From: Blasia pusilla
Lineage: Eukaryota
NCBI GenBank assembly: GCA_050084515.1
Contig: CM114271.1
Coordinates: 38,564,001 to 38,628,000, forward strand
Direction of reading: 5' to 3'
Length of the DNA stretch: 64,000 nt
A program made the translations under genes and the position numbers. The notes below the pieces were generated by a model that saw nothing but the letters and a program-made list of their open reading frames with translations, had not been told where the DNA came from and ran no database searches. The first letter of the stretch is position 1. Each line of letters opens with the position of its first letter. This document shows, in pieces, positions 1 to 11,509 of the stretch.

Positions 1-3000
1 GGGGGCAAGAGAAACAGTGGTTCCCAAGAACTTGAAATCGTATCTGGTGTTGGGGATAATCCCTAAAAAGGATCCATCATACAAAATATTACTCTTGGGA
101 CTCCTATGGTTACACCCGTCCTATTTAGATAGAGAAAACTTCTATGTAAGTCTATTTATGGGTTTCGAAGACGAGGAAAACCCGAGAATGATGTGTAGAG
201 AGCCATGGTCATTTATAAACTCTAGGATAGGGATAAGGTCATTTACAATTATTGAAAAATACTTCATATTTTAAAGAACCTTCCTTACGTGGAACAACAA
301 AAGAAAAAGGCTCACACAACTCCACTTTAGTATTTTAAGGAAAACCTCCTCCCTCTAAGATCATAACCCACTAAAATAGGTTGCTTAAGCATCGAAGTCA
401 CTTTGACTAAGAAAAAACAATTTACATTTTCTTAGGGCTTAGGAACTTTTTTATTGCCGAAGAGCTTTTGCACTAATAAGCAAAACATATTTCAGTTAAT
501 TTTTTGGCATATCTACAAAGTACTTTCCATGTCAATACAAATGTAATATAAATAAAAAGTATTTGGGATAGAGAAATGAGGATGACCACATCCATTTCCC
601 TTTTGTTTTCGACGTTGCCACTTCATTTTATTCCACCAATACTATTGAGGAAATTCCAAATATAGATATTCTTTCGTAGATGGATCATAATGATTTGTTG
701 CAAACCATTGAGTGAGAGTGGTCTCCCAATTTCTTTGCAAAATTTCTTATATTGATTCACCATCATTAAAATACACCATCTGTCCCTATGAAAGATGAAC
801 CACTAATCTGACAATATTTGGTTGTTTCGAATGCAAAAAAAACTTGAAAAATTGCCAACATGCTTCATATGCAGAAATATATCTATATAACATGAAAATA
901 TATATATAATTAGCTCATGAGTCTTACTCTTTAAATCACTCAAATTTTTTTGGAAAAAATATGATAATATATATTCTTACAACAAAATATTATATTGTTT
1001 CATAATAACTTGCAGGGTTTTTGAACTACTTGAGAGTCTTAAATGATGTACAATGGGTTCCATTCAACATATGGGACAAAGAAACACAATTAATGTAACA
1101 GTAGGAATTGCTCGTCCCACAATTCCCACATAATGTGATATAAAAGAAAAATTCAATGAAATTCTTCTCATTAATATTTTGTAACCATGTGGAGTACTAG
1201 TAAGTTATAATTGCGTAATAAATCTTCCACATAAATAATCCAAAATATAAGATTATAATATGATATTTTTATCACATACATAATAGACTATTATATTTTA
1301 ATTTAAATCATGGTAATAATACGCATAGAAGTGGGTTCACGGCATTCGAAAATCGTAACTTTTAGTCGAGCGAGTCCGTTACTATCGGGAACTCTTGGCC
1401 GTGAACTCGGGATTTACCTTCCCGGGTACAGAATTGACTTGATGTTATCCGGGCAGGGGACCTGGCTTCGGATGGATGGAACTTCTAGAAAAGGCCGTCC
1501 GCATGTTCCGGGAAAGTTCGTCCGGATACCTGCCCGGTCGTTTACTGCAGACCGGATTGCGGCGCGTTTCAAAGGACGTGAAGCATTCCCCTCTGCCACA
1601 GACAAGTCCCCCACTGTGCGAGCGTGTCAAACCTGAAATAGTCCACGTGGTACTGTAACCCGGGTCGAATGAGACGGCTGCATGAGTGGTACATACGGAC
1701 GGGAAAACGACAGTAAATAAAGTTTGACGGTGGGGTGAAACCCTCACCCGTTCTGATAATGTAGTAAAGAAAACAAATCTCTTAAAAAATGGTTTAGGAC
1801 AGATGAAAAGAAAGAAAATAACTGAATTCAAAACGCTCGCGATTTCTACAAATACCATTGACCCGTTTAAACATAATGGAAATAAGTTAATGTCACCTAT
1901 GTCCTAAATCATATTCATAAATATGACTACTTGGAAAATGAGTTTTAAGTGGTGATGTTTCTTGTTATTTGAGTGCGATTAAAAAATCCTCAGATTTGGA
2001 CATGTTACAACCAAATATATTAATAAGATATCCATGCAATGTATTAAGTATAAAAAATACTCAAAAATAATTTAAATGATTCAAATTGTATAGAATTAAA
2101 AAATTAAAATTTAAGATATTGTTCTTGCTGCCCATTTACCAAGTGTCTAGCATAAAATCACCCATTTTATTACATGCCATGCAATTACCAAAATATTCAA
2201 AAGTACAAATAAATCTTCTTTTAAAAGTTCATATAGAGGAAAGGAGGATTTTTAAGTAACGTGGTTCTTGATTTGAAAGCACATGGGAAACTCGTGGACT
2301 TGTTGATTTGAAAATCATTTGTATGCAACATAGTAATCCATACATAAAATATGATGGAGTCTATACTATTAGGTTTGTACTAATAAAGTGTTCTTTTCTT
2401 TTGAGACATGTTAAAAGACTTTAAAGGTTTTTTATTTTTTAAGCATATATTTTTATTATAATTAATTTTCCATAATTAATATCTTTATTATTAATAAAAT
2501 AAAAAGTGCTTAAAAATTCATCGTTGGATTTAATTTATTCATGTGGCTAAAATAAAGAAAGAGAGTTAAAACTGAATTTCAAATAAAAGAGGGGAATACA
2601 CAGAGTGATAAATTTTAACAAGGGAAATTCTCACAATATATTCATATTTTTTAGGGTATATTTTTTTATAGGGGAGGGACTAGTGATGAAGAACAAATTT
2701 GCAACAAGGGATCATAAGAGAGAGAAAAGAATAAGATTTTCTACACAAAGGGATTCCCAAAATAGAAATATGTGCTCAATTTATTTGAATAAGGGATGGG
2801 GAGGGGGGATTGTGGATATAAGAATTAAATGGGATGAGAAAGGAAAGGCATAAGAGTTAGATTGAAGGACCCTCCATTCTCTAGAGAGAGGAGGAAAACC
2901 TCCCTCACTCCTTAAGGGAAAAAAATCATATTTCCGTCTTTGGAAATTCTTGAAAGAAGTAACCTTTCCGACAAGTTTTCTCAGATCAGATTTTTCTTGT

Positions 3001-3409
3001 CGAAACTTCTATACTTTAAATTTCTATTGTGCATATTTTGTTCGATGTCATGTTGTCAAATGATATTTGGTGATCACCAACACTTCAAAATGCCACCACC
3101 ACTCATAAAAAAAAGCTTCATCAACTATCTTTGATCGTGGCAAAGTTACTCATCCTAAATCCCACTCCATACTCCCTATATGGTGTGGTGCACGAGGTGG
3201 TGGACAGGTCATACTCCCCCATATATAAAAGAAACCCCCATAAAAAATATAATTTCAATCCATCCCCTCTCGAGTCTTGACCTAAGTGCACATCAACCAC
3301 TCATCTTACACCCATAATTTATTTCCATACTTTTTTTTTCACCACTTACTTAGTTAACCCTCTAGTCACCATAAACATTATACGTACTCTTCTCACTCCA
3401 AATCCGCTC

Positions 3410-3620
3410 TCAAGGGAGGATGGGGCAAGAAGGAGGGACTCGGGGAGAGAGTGGAGGTGGGAGGATGAAGAAACGAGAAAGTTCGGGTCACAAAGGCAAG
3501 TGGGGGGATGAAAAAGAAGGGGGAGATTGGGCCGACATAGACAAGTCCTTCTATAAGACAGACGTAAGTCCACGGACATGGACTTGTCCGCGGACACAGA
3601 CTTTGTCCATATGCTACATA
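3410..3620. repeat. Dispersed purine/pyrimidine-skewed repeat (one arm of the foldback family)
   Basis: gagtggaggtgggagg..gaagaaacgagaaag...gatgaaaaagaaggggg...acaagtccttctata..aca matches 54205-54360 and is the reverse complement of 18050-18230 and 53890-54060. Confidence 0.75.
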
Positions 3621-3789
3621 CCTTGATTAGCCCCATGCTCATAAACTAGTCACCACACATTAAAGAAGGGTTAAGTCCCTTGAACTCCAAAATGCTCCAA
3701 GAACAAGCCTTGCAAAAAGTACTAGAAAATTTATGGGAACAATCAGTCCATCACTATAATGAAAGCGCATTTAGCATCCTTTGAAATGA

Positions 3790-4530
3790 GAGGAATTCTG
3801 ATCATGATACTTAGAGAGAGTTTTATAAGTATTATGTAAATTAGCTTAGAAAAAATAAATTTTTCATGTTTAAACTTCTTTATGGTGCCTCATTTGTGCG
3901 GGCGCAACTTTAGGAAAATAAGTAATAAATGAGACATGGAAGTATAAAAGTAAAGTAGTGGGTTGGTGTATTAATGATACTAAAGTTAAAGTAGTCTTGG
4001 TTGGTAGCTAGGGTAGTTTGGGTAGTTTGAAGGATATGAAATGAGTTCATGAGGATATTTTGGAAGAGATAATATATCATCTACTTATGTCAAAATGGGA
4101 TCGGCTAAGCCTTGAAAGGAAGCCATGTTGCACAAGATAAAATTAGCCATATTTTGTACTCTTGTGGATCCTTTGTTAGTATATACATAGAAAGGACTTT
4201 CAAAGGTTCATCACCTTCAACTTCATTTTTTGAGTCTCCCTTGTTACTCTTGAGTGGATGGAATTGGGCTGGCTTGCTCTTCCAACGAGAGTGGATTATC
4301 CCTCTTGGGAGAATGACTTGGGTAAGATCTATTTTTCAAGAGTTCCGAGATTCTGATGGATGTGGAGATGGTTACTTGGAGAGACTTGTCATCTTAGGGG
4401 AGTTATTTTCATACTAGGGATAGTGGATGGTTTTTTGACTTGTTACTTTTCCAATGAGAGTGAATTACCTCTCTTGGGAGAGCAACTCCGCCAAAACCCA
4501 GTCTTGAGAAGAATAGAGAATGTATGTCAA
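3790..4530. repeat. Unclassified dispersed repeat with internal subrepeats (gagtg.atta.c.ctcttgggaga)
   Basis: Its reverse complement recurs at ~32060-32745 and ~33751-33910. Confidence 0.7.
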
Positions 4531-4886
4531 TCATGGATAGAGATAGAGCACAAGTCGTACCTGATTTTTCTTTTCTCAATCCGTACCACGTAAAATTTCT
4601 CTTTGTAGATAGGTATTGGTTTACTCGTTATCTAGTCTACCATTTTGGAGAGGCATTCATAAACCAGGTCATGCAATCTCCAACTCCAATGATACTTCCT
4701 ATTTTCACGTACGGAAGGACGTGGGATTGTACTTTGTATGTCCTTATATAATGATCTATGGATGTTAATACATCTTTTGAGCAAGATTTACCACTAGTTG
4801 TGCCATTTTTCTTGTGTACAAGCGCAAAATAGTTTACATGGATTTCATAGTTACGAGTTTTGGGGTTGGATGTTATGAAGAAGTGA

Positions 4887-5627
4887 TGTCGTGCACATAC
4901 ATATCGCTACACAACATACATAGCTGGTCACATCTACACCACACAACATCGATCTTCCCCACACATGGGTCGATCCACACATGTAGAAAAATCAACTTAT
5001 ACATATACATGGAGATCACACAACAAAAATAAAGAGTAGTAAAAACGGCACATCCGGCCTAAAACTCCACTCCTCAATCTACATCGGCATATAGAGCCTC
5101 GTCCACCCTATGCTATCAAGGAATCCGGACGCTAGCACCCTAGTCCTATCTCACACACATACAAGGGAGGTGCTCCAACAACCCAACATGAGAAAGATGG
5201 CTTAGGAAAGCCACCTTCCTCTCTTATATAGGGTTTAGAAGAGCCAAAAGGCTCTTCCCCTAAAAATAGCCCTCCCCTTGGTAACTTGCGCGCACAGGTT
5301 ATCAAGGGCGGTGACCTGGTCAACAAGTCACCCGGTTGTGAAAGACCTCAACATAAAAGTTGTCAGAAACAACGTTCCTAACACAATGGATCTATCCTCA
5401 ACCTCATCCGACACTGTGGGACAAAGTTACACTCAAGATAGTCCGCTGGCTCCTACGCCCTATCCACGATAGATCTCGACCTATCGGCTACTCAGATGTG
5501 ACAGATGTCGTGCGCATACATATCGCTATACAACATACATCACTAGTCATATCTACACCACACAACACCGATCTTCCCCACACATGTACAAAAATCAACT
5601 CATACATATACATGGAGATCACACAAC
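4887..5627 (-). repeat. Split terminal repeat block of copy 1: B1 (5627-5506), 2-nt spacer, A2 (5503-5025), B2 (5024-4887)
   Basis: 4887-5024 and 5506-5627 are direct repeats (tgtcgtgc.catacatatcgcta...catggagatcacacaac). 5495-5513 reads gatgtgaca-ga-tgtcgtgc. A TATA-like motif (tatataag on the minus strand) lies at ~5223-5230. Confidence 0.9.
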
Positions 5628-5640
5628 CGCCCCCCTAACT
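5628..5640 (-). other. Polypurine-tract-like G-run (agttaggggggcg) immediately upstream of B1
   Basis: The plus strand reads cgccccccctaact-like C-run directly next to the start of the B1/B2 duplication. An equivalent (t)agggggcg tract precedes B in every copy. Confidence 0.7.
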
Positions 5641-5703
5641 GGCAGTTGGATCCCCCCAACTCCAAATAGAAAATATCACATCTCTCTGACATGACCTACT
5701 ACC

Positions 5704-5853
5704 CTATACACATCTTGGACACATCCATCGTCCCGTGGGAACCACATCAAGAGGGGGGGGGGTCAGACATGACATATGCCACCCTCGAGAATAACCATCA
5801 CATACCAATATGGTGGCTGCACCCCTCGCACATCCGCACAACATATACCTCAA
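5704..5853 (-). pseudogene. PHD finger at the integrase C-terminus (copy 1)
   Basis: LRYMLCGCARGAATILVCDGYSRGWHMSCLTPPPLDVVPTGRWMCPRCV*. This is a C4HC3 PHD pattern with two C>Y changes. Confidence 0.9.
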
Positions 5854-8830
5854 GTCTACAGGTATCACTGCCAAGCTCGGATCCACCATCCCATCTATGT
5901 TCGGAAGATAACATGGCGCATAATTGCGCACATGATCCTTCCAAACCATACCATCTTGTCCCTCCAACATTAGGACTCCGGTCGGTAATACCTCGCGCAC
6001 ACGTAGGATCGTGCGCCATGCAGTGACATCTAGCGTCGTGGGTGCCGCCTATTGTAAATACACGTAATCTCAAGGATGAAACCTCCTAATCCCTAGATGA
6101 TAACCTCCTCCACGAATGGTCGCGTACCTCAATGTATCTCTATGCTGGGCAATAGCTAAGTTCTCAAAGGCCATAGGCATAACTCTACGAAAAACCTCTG
6201 CCCTCTGAGAACATGCTTGTACCCACACATCTGGATCATCAAGATCTAACACCTCTGCCATGTCACGTCGAATCACTGCAAGTAAATCTGGCTCTCTCCC
6301 AAAGAGCAAAAAGTACGGTGAAAATGACGCCAAGGATGCCTGCCGACTAAAGCGATAACCCATAGCTAACCATGGAAACTATAGGTCCCACTCCCTCAAG
6401 TGTCCCCGCTGCAAGCCATACTTGCGTAATCCTCTCTTCACCGTCTGTACCACTCTCTCCGCCAACCCATCCGCCTCAGGATGATCTCTAGACGTGGTGC
6501 GGTGATCTATCAGCGCATGATCACACAAGGCTTGAAACTCTCCCCTGAACTCGATACCCTGGTCAGTCAACACCTCCGCCGGTGCACCAAAGTGACTAAG
6601 CACACGATCTAGAAACGCATAAGCTGTTCTCTTGCTCACCTTGTCTGGTAATGCCACCAACTCTATCCACTTGGAGAAATGCTCCACCATGACCAACACG
6701 TACCTATGATGACGCCCCGTCAATGGCAAAGGTCCCGCAAAGTCTTAACTCCACAGATAACCTAAACCCATAATCGGCAAAGGATGTAACTGCGGAGTGG
6801 GAGCATTGAAGGATGCTCGCACTCTGTCATATACCATACATCTGGCCATAAACTGTTGTACCCCAGTATGCATGCCGCGCCACCAATACTGAACCTGGAG
6901 TAAGCTGTAAGTACGCTTTACTCAAAAATGTCCCAACTCCTCATGGGCATGTCGCACTACACGTGCTTGCTGGGAAGGATGAGGTACCACTCGTATCCGA
7001 CCATCTTCCCATACCCGCAAAATGTAAGTCCCCTCCCACCTCAACCTCCTGGCTCTCTATAGGATCCAATCCCGCTCCCTAGTACTCAATGTACTCGCTA
7101 AGACGTCAATGCGCAAGAACTCCACAACCTCCACATCGTCATGGATATCACGACCACTGTTCGCCTCCTCACTAACCTCCAGATTGAAAGACTCATCATC
7201 CAACCCCACGGTCTGTTTTCATTTATGCGAGTTCAGAGTCTGCAAATGTGGAAGTACTTGGGAGGATAAATGCACGAGAGGATAGAGCAGAGCAAGACTC
7301 CAGAGTGCAGAGCTATTGAGCTATGGGTCAGCCACAGGTGATGATTGGAGTCATCACCTGTGGCTGACCTGCCATAGTCAACCAAAAAAGATAGGCAGAT
7401 GCATGCCAACCGGGCACCATCTCCTCATCACCCTCTCCGTGCCATCGAGCTCTTGTGTTGTCTCTCTGACTCGGACATGGGTTACGACTCAACCCATCTG
7501 CATCTTGGTTCAGCCGACCTGGCCTATGAACCACCTCAAACTCATACTCCTGTAGTAATAGAGCCCACTTGGCAAGCTTTCCCGTAAGCTTGTTGGACTC
7601 CATCAACCACCTCAACGGCTGATGATCAATGATAAGTGTGAAAGGGTTGCCGAATAAATAGCACCTGCAATGTGCCACGGCCCACACTGCAGCCAAGCAC
7701 TCCCCCTCATCGGAGCTATACTTTGCCTCTGCAATGTTGTTCGATCGGCTCGCGTGAGCCACAATGAACTTCCTCTCCTCGTCAACCCTCTGAGTAAGCA
7801 CTGCTCCTAGACCCAACATGCTCCAATCCGTATGTAATTGGAATGGGCGACCGCTAACCGGTCTCTGTAAAATGGTTGAGGACATCAACCTTTCCTTGAG
7901 CTCTTGAAATGCTCGCTCTTGATCATCTCCCCACAACCAAACCTGATCAAGTCTCGTCAACAAGGTCAAAGACTTTGCGATCGCACTAAAATCCTTGACA
8001 TACCGTCGATAGAAGTTCGCTAGTCCAAGAAAAGCTCGGACTCGACTCACATCTGTAGAGCGTGGAATCTGCGCAATAGCCTCTACCTTTGTCTGTTGAA
8101 CGCCTAACCCACTCGGGTATATGGTGTGTCCCAAGTACTCAATCTGCTCTTGAAAGAATCTGCACTTGCTTGGATGTAACTTCAGTCCATGTAACTGCAA
8201 TTTCCGAAACACCTCCTCCAAGTGTCGCTCATGCTCCTCAACAGTGGAACTGAAGATAAGAATATCATCTATGTAACATCGTACAAAATCCAAGCCAGCC
8301 AGAATCCTATCCATCACTATCTGAAACTCTGCAGGTGCGTTTTTCAACCCAAATGGTAAGAACCGCCACTGATACAAGCAATCTCTCCCGAACCAATCTA
8401 TCCCCCCGGAATGTTGTCTTCTCCTTGTCCTCCAACCTGATAGGAAGCTGATGATAGCCAGCACGGAGATCTAAAGTACTAAAGATCTTTGCATGCCCTA
8501 CCGCATCAAAGATCTCCTCAGGAGTAAGCATGGCGTATCGATCTGACCTTGTCTATCGGTTCATAGGACGGTAATCTCCACACATCCGCCTATCCGTCCA
8601 ATTGCAATACATATCCTTCTTTTCCGGCATGACTGTGGCAGATACATACTCCCCATGTGATAACTCCACAAGTCTTTCCTCCAACAAGTCCTGACTCCTG
8701 CTCTGAATCAAGGCTTGCTCCATATCAGAATACCTGTAGGGTCGACGAAAGATCGGCGTATCACTAGCCAAATCAATCCGTATCCCGGGACCCTTCAGCG
8801 TACCCAAGTCTCTCATACTGAAGGCAAAAC
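5854..8830 (-). pseudogene. RT-RNaseH-integrase of copy 1 (frameshifted, with stops)
   Basis: ORFs 8553..8816 (RPYRYS, RRMCGDYRPMN), 8307..8531 (FSTLDLRAGYHQ), 7328..8464 (LPFGLKNAPAEFQ, YIDD), 6379..6729 and 6070..6363 (integrase core). Confidence 0.93.
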
Positions 8831-9224
8831 AACTGATATGCCCTCTCAGAAACCTATGAACTCGCCGTCGCTCTCATGCTATCAACTTGAGACCTATCAC
8901 ACGCTCCCAAGTCTCCATTGTGACCTCACTCGGAGATGACGCAACCTCCGACTTTGGTTGCTATGTAGCAACCCTAGCCACCTTCGCAACAATCACTCCA
9001 CTTTGACCTCCTATACCATGCTCCGCATCCAAAAAATGAACATGTGCTACTCTAGCTGCCTTCACACTCTCTGCTCGAACGACGTCCCAGGAAGTCCATG
9101 GGTACCTATCTCTCCTCGTCTCGCCCCCAATCAATGCCTGTACAGACCCTATAGGAAATGGTCCAACTCATGGACGTGACGGCATGGATGACACTCGCAT
9201 CCGTCTCTGCTCAACCATACCTAG

Positions 9225-10175
9225 GCTGACTATCCATGTGAGATAGTTGAGGTCCATTGCCTGCCCCAACACCTGTCTCCGAGATGCCTCAGTCATCCTT
9301 GGCAGTGCCGTAGTACCGGTAGCGAACCCCATGGCGCGCTCGCGCTCATCTGCTATAGGCTCCTCCAATGCTCCGGTCACCTCATCCCAAATCATGCCTG
9401 GCCCTCCTTGACAAAAGGCATGGGATGTTGGGAAGCTCACCAACGTAGGTAAGGCTGCCCTCAACTCCCCCACCCTATTGGCCATGGCCAACGGTGGTCT
9501 ATCATCCCGTGTCACCACTTGAGATCGACGCCCTGAGCCCAAAATAGCATCCACTGTGAGATGTGGTGCTCTCTGGACTCCATCATATGCTCGACTCAGT
9601 ACCTCTGATGGTATCAGGTTCGTCCACCACAATCGTGGATGATGGGCACGTGATCCAACTCTCGCCGCATCTAATAACACAGCAGGTCCCAACCAGGACC
9701 TCATCTGATACACACTCGTCATTACACGTGCGCGAGTGTCTCCCAACAACGGCACGTTCTCCAAGATGTACGTTGGAGGACATGTCTGACTCTCCTGCAA
9801 GTGTCATACTACTCGCAGCATCTCCCAAAACATCCCTGACCTCGGATCCTGCAATCCAAATCCTCGGCCAGCTGATGAATGACCCTGACATGGCCATCCA
9901 GCAATCACCAAATGAATGGTGCTAACTCTATCCAGATCCTGCGCCCCCACCAAAGAGATGTCGGCGGGTAGTGTATGCTGATATCCCCCTACTATAGATA
10001 CTGGCACAACTCAGGATACCTCTGGACCAATCTCGCCACGTGACGTAATAATACTCGCCGCGTAGTCTCATCTCTCTCCACATAAAGGTACTGATGCACC
10101 TGTATGCCCTCCTGCAATACTGCAACCAATCCGGTGCTAATCCCTCCAAAGAGATCTAACACCCTAACACCCTCC
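9225..10175 (-). pseudogene. DNMT3-like DNA (cytosine-5) methyltransferase domain (copy 1)
   Basis: Motif I VLDLFGGISTG, motif II YLYVE, motif IV LVIAGWPCQG (catalytic PC intact), motif VI YILENVP, motif VIII DAARVGSRAHHPRLWWTNL, motif IX ERERAMGF, motif X RRQVLGQAM. Confidence 0.93.
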
Positions 10176-11509
10176 TCTGGGCAATGCCACACAACGGGTG
10201 TGGTATCTAGTGGGGTCAACGTCTCCACTCCAAGAGACCGATTGCCACGTGACTCTCGTTGCTCTGGGATAAAAGCATGACTCCACGCCTACCTCACGAG
10301 GTCGTCAACACTCCTCTGTAGCTCTCGAGTCGTACCCCACAATGGTGAAGAGGTCTCGCCAACATGGGAAGAGACACCCGCCATGGCCTGTCGCTCCGTG
10401 GGACTATCCACTACTGGGACATCCTCCGCATGTGCGTTCCCCTCCAACAACTCTCCAGGCTAGCTAACACTACCTGTGAAAGCCGCCAACGTGGTCACAG
10501 ACTCGCCTCGTGATCGACCACCTCGTCCCGCAAACTGCACGGATAATTGACTCATCCGGCCGTCACCTGACCGCCATCCTGGCCGATAAGCAACGGTCTC
10601 CTCCCAAAAGTCAAGGATGAATCCTAGGGGATATAACACTGTACTCCCCACCAACACATCGTACGACTCAGCTGGTGTCGTAATCGCACATGTGCGCACC
10701 ATAGCACTATCCGTCTCATGCTCTGGATAGACTCTGAAAACTATCTCCTATCGAGTCATATACTGCATGGGTGACATGCCCCCAATCGAGGTCTGTATCT
10801 GGAAGGGACAAGGCTCAATCTTGGCCTTCCGTAACCCCAACGCTAAACACGTCGCCTTCCCTAATATCAAGGGTTACGCTCCCGAATCAAGTAGGACGCG
10901 CTGCGGGTGGTATACTGTCCCCTTCAGACTAACCAAGCGATCCCTCCGATTTGTTGGTGGATTCCATTTTGGATCCAGGATGGCGGTAACAAGCAATGAG
11001 GCATGAGTTAATAGTTGTCAAGAGTATTGGCATGCCACGAGCAACCTTTCCCATATTTTTCTTCTTGCTTCCTATGCATATAAGGAGGTTGGTCTTGGCT
11101 TGGTATGGGATGAACAGGCTTGGTATGGCATCAATCTCTCCACATCGGTTGGTGGAGTCCAACATCAATGATTCAGAGCAAGCAATAGGTTTTCCTATAT
11201 GAGTGATGGAAGTACCAGCACTATCAAAGGCATATCGACGTCATGTCTTGGATGAGGAGATGAACTTGAATTGGTTGACATGGATTCTCATCTTAGGAGT
11301 AATTGAGTAGTGTTAGATGAGATTGGCCGCTCCTGATAAACCAAAATTTGATTACTGGGGTTCAGCGCTTCAAAGGCTCAATTGCGTCCCATGCTAGAGG
11401 TCCCAGACCTCCTCGCGGGGGTAGTTAATTCTTCTATTTTATGGGGGTTCACCAGAATTTTGGCATCATTACAGGATTTGGTATATCGTTTGCATGCGTG
11501 ATAATTAAC

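Larger units (their letters stand above)
4887..10930 (-). mobile_element. DNMT/PHD-bearing Ty3/gypsy-like retroelement, copy 1 (distinct subfamily, 5'-truncated within the protease region)
   Basis: Minus-strand ORF pieces give protease (VLLDSGA, ~10870-10900), C5-MTase, RT (YIDDILIFS in ORF 7328..8464), RNase H (LHTDWS, IIDHQPL), integrase (LTDQG, GLAERVVQT) and PHD. The 3' end is PPT-B-NN-A-B, finishing ...GTGCACGACA at 4887. Confidence 0.95.

Noticed and set aside
10935-11505. Spacer between copies 1 and 2 as a shared promoter or gene
   Set aside because: Both neighbours are 5'-truncated inside coding sequence. The spacer has no identifiable motif and is probably an unrelated fragment.
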